A stretch of 64,000 bases of DNA from Candidatus Bathyarchaeota archaeon. Lineage in GTDB: Archaea > Thermoproteota > Bathyarchaeia > Bathyarchaeales > Bathycorpusculaceae. The stretch lies in assembly GCA_963715865.1 (NCBI GenBank), contig OY970280.1, positions 800,001-864,000 on the forward strand, in the 5' to 3' direction. The notes below the pieces were generated by a model. The model worked only from the letters and a program-made list of their open reading frames with translations, did not search any database and was not told where the DNA came from. Shown here in pieces: positions 57,614 through 64,000 of this stretch (position 1 is its first letter; every line of letters starts with the position of its first letter). The position numbers and the translations under genes are program-made.

Positions 57614-58909
57614 ATGGCAACAATCGAAGACTTCCGATACATAATGAACCTTTGGAAAAATTTAGAAATTCCCACAACGGTTAGACGAGAAATCGACATA
57701 GATATAAACGCTGACAAAATAATCACAGTTGCTGGAGTCAGAAGGTCAGGAAAGACAAGCCTAATCTTCCAATGCATAACAGACCTCCTAAATAATGGAG
57801 TAAAAAAGGATAACATAATTTATGTAAATTTTGAAAATGAGCGGTTAATGGGCGCAAAAGCTACAGACTTAGATAAACTGCTAATTGCGCATAACATGGC
57901 ATTCGCCCCAGAGCAAGGTATAATCTACCTTTTCCTAGACGAGATACAGATTGTAGAAAACTGGGACAAATGGGTAAGAAAAATATACGACCTTCACAAG
58001 CACCGAATTGTCATCACGGGTTCATCCTCTGAATTGCTAAGCATCGAGATAGCAACAGCTCTCGCAGGAAGAAACCTCTCGTACATAGTTTACCCCTTTT
58101 CATTTCGGGAATTCATAAAGGCAAAGGGCATAAAGGAAGAAAAAGAAGACTTAAAATACTCGGCGAAGAGAGGACTCGTACTTAAAGAGCTCGATGAATT
58201 TCTTGAATACGGGTCATTTCCAGAAGTGACTCTAACTAAAGATGACGGAAGGAAAATGGAACTTTTGTCTTCTTACTTTGACGCCATATTCTTTAGAGAC
58301 ATAGTAAAAAGATACAAGCTCAGGGAAACGGGCAACCTAAGTGTTTTCCTAAGAATATTGGCAAGTAACTACGCTGTCTACTTCAGCTCCAGCAAAGCCT
58401 ACAATTATTTTTCAAGTGTGGGCTTGAAAGTAAGCAGGAAAACCATTCTTAACTTCTTAGAGTATGCAAAATCAGTTTTCTTTGCGGCAATACTTGAACA
58501 ATACAGCAAAAGCCCCAAAAAACGGTTTGCAAGACAACAGAAAACCTACGTCATAGACATAGGGCTTTCAAAGTTGTTCGGCGATGTAGATAAAGGAAGA
58601 GCACTCGAAAACGCAGTCTTCATAGAATTATTGAGGCACAAAAAAATCGGAGAATCAATTTACTATCTAAAACTAAAATCAGGCAAGGAAATAGACTTTA
58701 TAGTGAAAGGAAAGAGTACACAATTACTACAGGTTTCATATGACGTATCCTCATCTGAAGCTCGGAAACGGGAGACTTCCGCTCTTGTGGAAGCAGCTAA
58801 AACATTCGGTTTAAGCAACTGTAAAGTTATAACATATGACTATGAAAATGAAGAAACGGTGGATGACTTAAAAATAAAGTTTGTTCCCTTTTGGATTTGG
58901 GCATTATAA
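57614..58909 (+). CDS. COG1373-type AAA+ ATPase (AAA_14 + DUF4143)
   Basis: GVRRSGKT, FLDEIQ, ITGSSS, YGSFPE, K.YVIDIGL, G.ALEN and EIDFIV motifs. Confidence 0.93.
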   Translation: MATIEDFRYIMNLWKNLEIPTTVRREIDIDINADKIITVAGVRRSGKTSLIFQCITDLLNNGVKKDNIIYVNFENERLMGAKATDLDKLLIAHNMAFAPEQGIIYLFLDEIQIVENWDKWVRKIYDLHKHRIVITGSSSELLSIEIATALAGRNLSYIVYPFSFREFIKAKGIKEEKEDLKYSAKRGLVLKELDEFLEYGSFPEVTLTKDDGRKMELLSSYFDAIFFRDIVKRYKLRETGNLSVFLRILASNYAVYFSSSKAYNYFSSVGLKVSRKTILNFLEYAKSVFFAAILEQYSKSPKKRFARQQKTYVIDIGLSKLFGDVDKGRALENAVFIELLRHKKIGESIYYLKLKSGKEIDFIVKGKSTQLLQVSYDVSSSEARKRETSALVEAAKTFGLSNCKVITYDYENEETVDDLKIKFVPFWIWAL

Positions 58910-58914
58910 ACCTG

Positions 58915-58956
58915 TGTTATGGTTTGAGGTGAAATATTTTCATCCGCTAAAAAATT
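58915..58956 (-). pseudogene. N-terminal remnant of DUF5615 (PIN-like) toxin
   Basis: Minus strand reads NFLADENISPQTI; it has no intact start and runs into the 3' end of the ATPase gene. Confidence 0.6.
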
Positions 58957-59191
58957 CGGAGTTTAAGACACCGCGTACTCGAAAGCTTCTTCGTTCTTGA
59001 CAATTTGTGTCAGCGTAGTTAACTGCCGCTTTAATGTCCTCTTCCGTCAAGGTTGGGTACGCTGTAATTATGCGCTTGAAATCGTAGCCAGCTGATAATA
59101 GTTCAAGTATCAAGTACACAGGAATCCTAGTGCCTTTGATTACTGGTTTCCCGCCTAGAATTTTAGGATTCACTTCAATACGTTCGCTCAA
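58940..59191 (-). CDS. DUF433 family antitoxin, probably frameshifted near the C-terminus
   Basis: NPKILGGKPVIKGTRIPV...YPTLTEEDIKAA; the alternative frame after about 59011 gives TQIVKNEEAFEYAVS*. Confidence 0.85.
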   Translation of the reverse strand: MSERIEVNPKILGGKPVIKGTRIPVYLILELLSAGYDFKRIITAYPTLTEEDIKAAVNYADTNCQERRSFRVRGVLNSEFFSG

Positions 59192-59403
59192 TTCTCATCC
59201 CATAGATTGCTTGTGGATGATTAGAAATTCATTTTGAATTTCAAACCTTTAGTATTCAATTCATTACCAAAGAATTAAAGTTTTTTGGCTGAATTATAGG
59301 CACACAACTGCTAAAAACAGAAGCCTAGCCTAAACACATGCAATTTTACAGAAATAAGTATGGTATAAGCAGACGCTTGAAAGCGTTGCCCATTACTGAG
59401 AGA

Positions 59404-60219
59404 TTACAGGTATTTTTCGTATGTTTTAAGCTGCGGATTGTTGGCTTTTGAGACGAAGATTTTGCCTGTGCCGTGCTCAGCTAAGTCGCCTAGAAACACG
59501 TAGAATGGGCCTGCCGCTGATTCGGTGTCGTCAATTTTGACTTTAGGCTTAACATTGTCAATGGTAAACGTGGGCATTACTTCATCTATTTTTCCAGAAA
59601 CAACGATTTTTCCGCCAGTCATGTTCGTGCCGACTCTCGTCGTAGCATCTTTTTCAACGTGAATAATGCCATCGCGCATGTGGAAACCTAAGAATTGGCC
59701 AGTGTTGCTGCCTTTTATCTTGATTAATCCGCCGTGCATGTAGGCGCCTGAGTCGCTACCGACATTGCCGTCTACTACTATTTTGCCTCCACGCATGCCC
59801 TCGCTAGCTCCGCGGTAAGGTGAAGCTAAATAGTCATTTGCGTTTCCGTGAACTTCAATTAAACCGTTCTTCATGGCGCTGCCTGTCCATTGGCCTGCAT
59901 CGCCGTTTACCGTGATTTTGCCGCCTACCATTTTCTCGCCAAGGTGCATTCCTGCATTGCCGTTGATGACAATTTCTCCGTTTTTCATGCCTTGACCTAT
60001 CCGTCTTACTTCGCTTACGTCACCGTTGATGGTTATGCTCGGAGTTTCAGCGCCGTCTTCTTCTATTTTAAAGAGGTCGCTGAGCTTTTTCGGCTTGTTT
60101 CCTTCGTAAACGGGCAACTTTGCGATTTCAGCAGTGTCTTTACCCTGAAATACATCAGGACTTATGCATTCAGCTTGAACTGGAAACGTAAATTTTCTCA
60201 GCGGTGTTAAAGTTATCAT
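59404..60219 (-). CDS. fwdC: Formylmethanofuran dehydrogenase subunit C
   Basis: PVQAECISPD and repeated G..M.GG.I.V.G beta-helix turns; YRGASEGMRGG. Confidence 0.95.
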   Translation of the reverse strand: MITLTPLRKFTFPVQAECISPDVFQGKDTAEIAKLPVYEGNKPKKLSDLFKIEEDGAETPSITINGDVSEVRRIGQGMKNGEIVINGNAGMHLGEKMVGGKITVNGDAGQWTGSAMKNGLIEVHGNANDYLASPYRGASEGMRGGKIVVDGNVGSDSGAYMHGGLIKIKGSNTGQFLGFHMRDGIIHVEKDATTRVGTNMTGGKIVVSGKIDEVMPTFTIDNVKPKVKIDDTESAAGPFYVFLGDLAEHGTGKIFVSKANNPQLKTYEKYL

Positions 60220-60220
60220 T

Positions 60221-61921
60221 TTAAACGTTCGCCTTCACAGTTATCGGATCTTTAACTTTAACGTAATGATCGTACACTGGATAATTGTCATATTCAACAG
60301 TCCAGTACTGCTTGAATTTGCTCTTCATGTCTTCGTCAATCTTGCATGGCTCATTTGTTTGCACGTCAAGCCACATGGTTCTGCCGTCGACATGCCCTAC
60401 TACTTCGCCGTCTTTAACAACGATTTTGCCGTCCTTAATAGTGTAAGCCGCATGCTTGAACGCTCTGCGCACAGTCTTGTACTTTCGGGCTATGTCGGAA
60501 GTTTCAGGATTAATGTTATATATTGCAATGTCAGCGTCAGCGCCTACGCCGAGGTGACCTTTATTTTTGAGCCCTAAAGCTTTGGCTTGTCCTGCACGAG
60601 TCATTATTGCCAACTCATAGAGGCTTAATTCACGGTTAATTGAGGGTAGCAGACTCTTTTTCTGTGCTTTCTTGTGGCACCTCTTTAACGTTGCCATGCG
60701 TGCATTCTTGCTCATGAGCCAAGCAAGGATTCTTGGGTAAGCAATGAATGGTCCACCGTTCGGGTGGTCAGTGGTCAAAAACATTTTCCAAGGATCATCA
60801 ATCAACAGCGCGAGTTCTAAGGCTATTGACCATTGTGTAGCGTTCACAGCGTTGTTACGTTTGTAATGGAATGGGATGATTCCTCCGCTTGTCTCCGTTT
60901 CCACGTCACCGTTAACCCATTTGTGCCCGCTTAACTGGTAGAGCGTGTACTCGAAGGGTCCGTCAGCCGTCATCGTTGTGGTGTCAGTGAAGATTACTTG
61001 TCCCATGTCAAAAGTCATGTGGCTATGATTGTTAATGTACTTGGAAATTTCTTCAGCGGCAGAACGCATGTTTCCCCAGCTGTCGCCTCCGAAACTGCTA
61101 AACTGCAAGTGAGTAATGTGACCAACGGGTCTGCCCTCATAAGGCACGCTTTCTAAAGCCTTCATTGTTTCCAGCGTAGTAACGTAGTTGCCTGGTAATC
61201 CAAGATTGTTAGTGTGAAGGTGAATGGAATGAGGCAGGTTGAGCATTTTGTTAACCTTTGCTAAGCCACAAATGATTTCTCTAGGGGTAATGCAGAAGTT
61301 TGGAACTTGATCGTCAATGCTATGAACATTGTGTCCGAAACCCCATGATTCCAATCCGCCTGGATTAACAATTTTTATAGCATAACCTTTAGTGGTGTCG
61401 AGCATCCAAGCGACATGCCTTGCGCACCCTTCCAAGTCACCTTTCTGCAGATATTCAAGGACAAACCACCAGTCGCCAATCAACGGGTAAGTGGCTTTGT
61501 CTAAGAGGGGTATGTCGTTTAATTCTTCATGGGTATGTTTAGCTTCCAGAGGCGCCATGGACGGATTCATCACAGTAGTGTAACCCATCTTTGAGTAACG
61601 ATAACCAGTAATGAAAGTCGATGGAACCGAGTAGCCAGTACCTGATCTAGTTATGGCTGTTTTGCTTACAGCATCTTTAACGTGATCTTCAGGTCGAACG
61701 ATTCGACCAGTGTTTACTTCGCCACCAGCAATATGAGTATGAATGTCTATGCCACCTGGCATTATGGTTAAGCCAGTAGCATCTATCGTTTTACCTCTAT
61801 GTTCATGCACTTTCGCAACGATTTTGCCGTTTCTAATAGCTATATCCATTTTTTCGCCGTTAATCCCATTTAAGGGGTCAAAGACGAAGCCGTTTTTAAT
61901 CAACAATTCAGCCATTTTCAA
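60221..61921 (-). CDS. fwdA: Formylmethanofuran dehydrogenase subunit A (amidohydrolase)
   Basis: GGIDIHTHIAG, AIKIVNPGG, LHTNNLG, TTDHPNGGPF and RAGQAKALG motifs. Confidence 0.96.
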   Translation of the reverse strand: MKMAELLIKNGFVFDPLNGINGEKMDIAIRNGKIVAKVHEHRGKTIDATGLTIMPGGIDIHTHIAGGEVNTGRIVRPEDHVKDAVSKTAITRSGTGYSVPSTFITGYRYSKMGYTTVMNPSMAPLEAKHTHEELNDIPLLDKATYPLIGDWWFVLEYLQKGDLEGCARHVAWMLDTTKGYAIKIVNPGGLESWGFGHNVHSIDDQVPNFCITPREIICGLAKVNKMLNLPHSIHLHTNNLGLPGNYVTTLETMKALESVPYEGRPVGHITHLQFSSFGGDSWGNMRSAAEEISKYINNHSHMTFDMGQVIFTDTTTMTADGPFEYTLYQLSGHKWVNGDVETETSGGIIPFHYKRNNAVNATQWSIALELALLIDDPWKMFLTTDHPNGGPFIAYPRILAWLMSKNARMATLKRCHKKAQKKSLLPSINRELSLYELAIMTRAGQAKALGLKNKGHLGVGADADIAIYNINPETSDIARKYKTVRRAFKHAAYTIKDGKIVVKDGEVVGHVDGRTMWLDVQTNEPCKIDEDMKSKFKQYWTVEYDNYPVYDHYVKVKDPITVKANV

Positions 61922-63387
61922 GTAGCCTCCACTTTTTGCTTTGTCTTTTGAGATTTTATTACTCTGACTTCTTCAAGAATTTTCTTCAGGATTTCCTCGT
62001 CAGAAAGTATTCCCTTTGGGGGTTCAACAACTTTCTTAAGCGGAAGTGGCACGTTATCCATGCGGTAAGCTGTTCCTTCAACTTCTATGCCGACAAACGC
62101 AGCTGGAAACACGACGTCGCCAAGCATGGCTGTAGCGTTCATGTGCGGGTCAATAACTATCAATGGGTGCTTAACCATGTTTTCAACGGCTCTCTTAGGA
62201 AAGTTCGCGCCTGGATCAGACGCAATAATCAACGAGGCATCGTTTTCTCCTCGCAAGAGAACATCCATGCAGGTGGTTTCTCCAGGGTTATACCGTGGGT
62301 AACCCATTGAGAAGTCAACGCCGTATGGGTAGCCGCTTTGCCAAGCAGAAACCACGTTCGCGCCAGTAACATTGAAGTGCCCTCTCATGGGCATGATTAA
62401 GAATTTTGTCCGCATGTTCAAATCGCGAACCAGCGATATGGCGACTTCTACGTTTCTGAATTTGCCAGCGGTCTGCGTTAAGCCCATGCCGAAGAAGATT
62501 ACGCCGAACTCACAATTCACTAATGCATCAGCTACTTCTTTGAGGTATTCTACTGGAACACCGGCGACTTGGTCAACGTCAAGCTCTTGGTCTTGAATCA
62601 ACGCTCTTAACGCCTGCATCAATTCATAATCCTTGTTAGGCTCAACTTGAATGAAGTAATCAGCCATTTCAGCCGACATACTTTTCCGAACATCGATTAC
62701 TATTAGTTTGCGCCCGCCCTTTGCCATTGCAGGAGGAACTCCGCCAATATAACAAGCTTGAGGCTTTGACCGTTGGCCTTTCACGAAACCGCCTCTAATG
62801 GCGCTTTGAATTTTCTTTTGACCAGCCTGCGCCTTTAGCTTTTGCATATATGCTTTCCATTCGCTTTTCTCAAACCTGCCTTCCGTGAAACTGGTGTACC
62901 TTTCAAGGTGCCTTGGGTGTGCACTCCACGGGTCACATCCCCAATAAATTATGAGGTCTGCACGGTGCCTAATCTGCCCCAAAGTGCACGTTGGAATTCC
63001 TACTTCTTGAAGCCCCAAGATAGATGGACCGTGGCATACAACGGATGTGTTATCTAGAACGCCGCCGACTTCTTCGGTTAATTCTACGCCGACGCGTTGG
63101 GCTTCACAGCTAGTTGAGCTCCAACCGTACAGTATTGGATAATTGGAGTTAGCAAGAATTTCCGCGGCTTTATGCACAGCTTCGTCCATTGAGACTGGAA
63201 CCAACTTGCCATCCTTTCTGATAAGTGGCGTACGGATTCTGTGCTCGCCTTTGTAACCGAGAAATTTGGATTCGCAGACGGCGCAACCGTTCTTAACCTT
63301 GGTTACCTCATTGTTTTCAACTGTTAATTCGATGTCGTCGCATAAGCAGCCGCATATTGGACATGTTACAGATTTAACTATTGACAC
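61918..63387 (-). CDS. fwdB: Formylmethanofuran dehydrogenase subunit B (Mo/W-bisPGD)
   Basis: CPICGCLCDD...C, CHGPS (Cys ligand, not Sec), HPRH and MRGHFNVTG motifs. Confidence 0.95.
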   Translation of the reverse strand: MSIVKSVTCPICGCLCDDIELTVENNEVTKVKNGCAVCESKFLGYKGEHRIRTPLIRKDGKLVPVSMDEAVHKAAEILANSNYPILYGWSSTSCEAQRVGVELTEEVGGVLDNTSVVCHGPSILGLQEVGIPTCTLGQIRHRADLIIYWGCDPWSAHPRHLERYTSFTEGRFEKSEWKAYMQKLKAQAGQKKIQSAIRGGFVKGQRSKPQACYIGGVPPAMAKGGRKLIVIDVRKSMSAEMADYFIQVEPNKDYELMQALRALIQDQELDVDQVAGVPVEYLKEVADALVNCEFGVIFFGMGLTQTAGKFRNVEVAISLVRDLNMRTKFLIMPMRGHFNVTGANVVSAWQSGYPYGVDFSMGYPRYNPGETTCMDVLLRGENDASLIIASDPGANFPKRAVENMVKHPLIVIDPHMNATAMLGDVVFPAAFVGIEVEGTAYRMDNVPLPLKKVVEPPKGILSDEEILKKILEEVRVIKSQKTKQKVEAT

Positions 63388-63390
63388 TTT

Positions 63391-63792
63391 TTACCTCCCA
63401 AATTCGCTTTTAAGAAGTTCCTCCAAGCTCAGAACTTGTTTACTTGGGGCTGGTTCAACTTCAGCTGGAGTTCCCTTGAATGAGGGCGTGCCAATGCTGG
63501 TAGTTTTGTCGCTGCAGACAGCGTTTGCCCATGGTCCATAGGGAATGTAAATTAAGCCCGGGGTGGCGGCGCGAGGGTATTTTACGGCTTTAAGGACAAC
63601 CGAGCCGTCAGCAGTTGTCACTAAAATATTAGTGTTATTTTTCACGCCGAGTTTCTTCATCTCTTCTGCGTCCATATAGCACATTGAACAGGCATCAAAA
63701 TATTCTTTTGAGCTTTTTCCTTTCTCTTTGCCGACGCCTTGCTCTATCGTGCGACCTGTAAGCAAAGTTACCTTTAACTTTTGCTCTACCAT
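63391..63792 (-). CDS. fwdD: Formylmethanofuran dehydrogenase subunit D
   Basis: LLTGRTIEQG, IYIPYGPWAN and G.PSFKG motifs. Confidence 0.95.
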   Translation of the reverse strand: MVEQKLKVTLLTGRTIEQGVGKEKGKSSKEYFDACSMCYMDAEEMKKLGVKNNTNILVTTADGSVVLKAVKYPRAATPGLIYIPYGPWANAVCSDKTTSIGTPSFKGTPAEVEPAPSKQVLSLEELLKSEFGR

Positions 63793-64000
63793 GATTACGA
63801 CCTTACCAATAGAATTTATATAGTTATATTTAAGAGTAAGTTTAGGAAAAACGCAAATTTTACCATCAAGGACAGCACATACGGAACCAACTACAGCATC
63901 AAATAGCCAGCGACTAAACGCCAGTCATTCGCAAACAAAATAGCCTTTTGTTTTTATCGAAAATTTAAAAAGCAAACGTTCCTTCAACTTAATTATGAAG

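Noticed and set aside
54300-59403. Island as IS, transposon or provirus with target-site duplication
   Set aside because: No transposase, integrase or viral gene, and no terminal direct or inverted repeats seen at the boundaries.
188-62596. The many short ORF-track entries overlapping longer genes on the opposite strand or in other frames (e.g. 188..418, 13640..14176, 25117..25587, 35774..36181, 44635..45099, 61936..62310)
   Set aside because: They lie within well-supported genes, have no recognisable motifs and are best explained as shadow ORFs.

Overview
Archaeal chromosomal window. Gene content and protein families fit Candidatus Bathyarchaeia best; this is an inference, as no marker gene search was run. 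(1) About 1-22 kb is a cell-envelope/glycan locus: a DegT-type aminotransferase, GT2/GT4 glycosyltransferases, a DUF2206-like multipass protein, split DUF1616-like genes, a SAM methyltransferase, a secreted parallel beta-helix protein, a 1384-aa repeat surface protein, two TasA/CalY-like secreted paralogs and an NDP-sugar epimerase. It also holds decayed genes (flippase, galU and acetyltransferase remnants). (2) About 22-40 kb holds tRNA-Ala(CGC), a small C2H2 zinc-finger gene missed by the ORF track, ileS, a solute-binding protein coupled to a histidine kinase, a GT4, a GNAT/unknown/HEXXH operon, a MoxR AAA + VWA pair and a TrmB regulator. (3) About 39-50 kb is a type IV pilus locus with three tandem major pilins, minor pilin-like genes, ATPase, TadC-like protein and a beta-propeller protein. 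(4) About 50-64 kb holds mobB, mobA, fdhD and fwdDBAC (formylmethanofuran dehydrogenase), with a roughly 5-kb AT-rich island between fdhD and fwdC. The most interesting candidate system: the two TasA-like proteins and the beta-helix protein share the same predicted mature N-terminal strand, suggesting a donor-strand fibre carrying a glycan-active or adhesive module, encoded within an exopolysaccharide locus. No CRISPR array, rRNA, transposase or integrase was seen.
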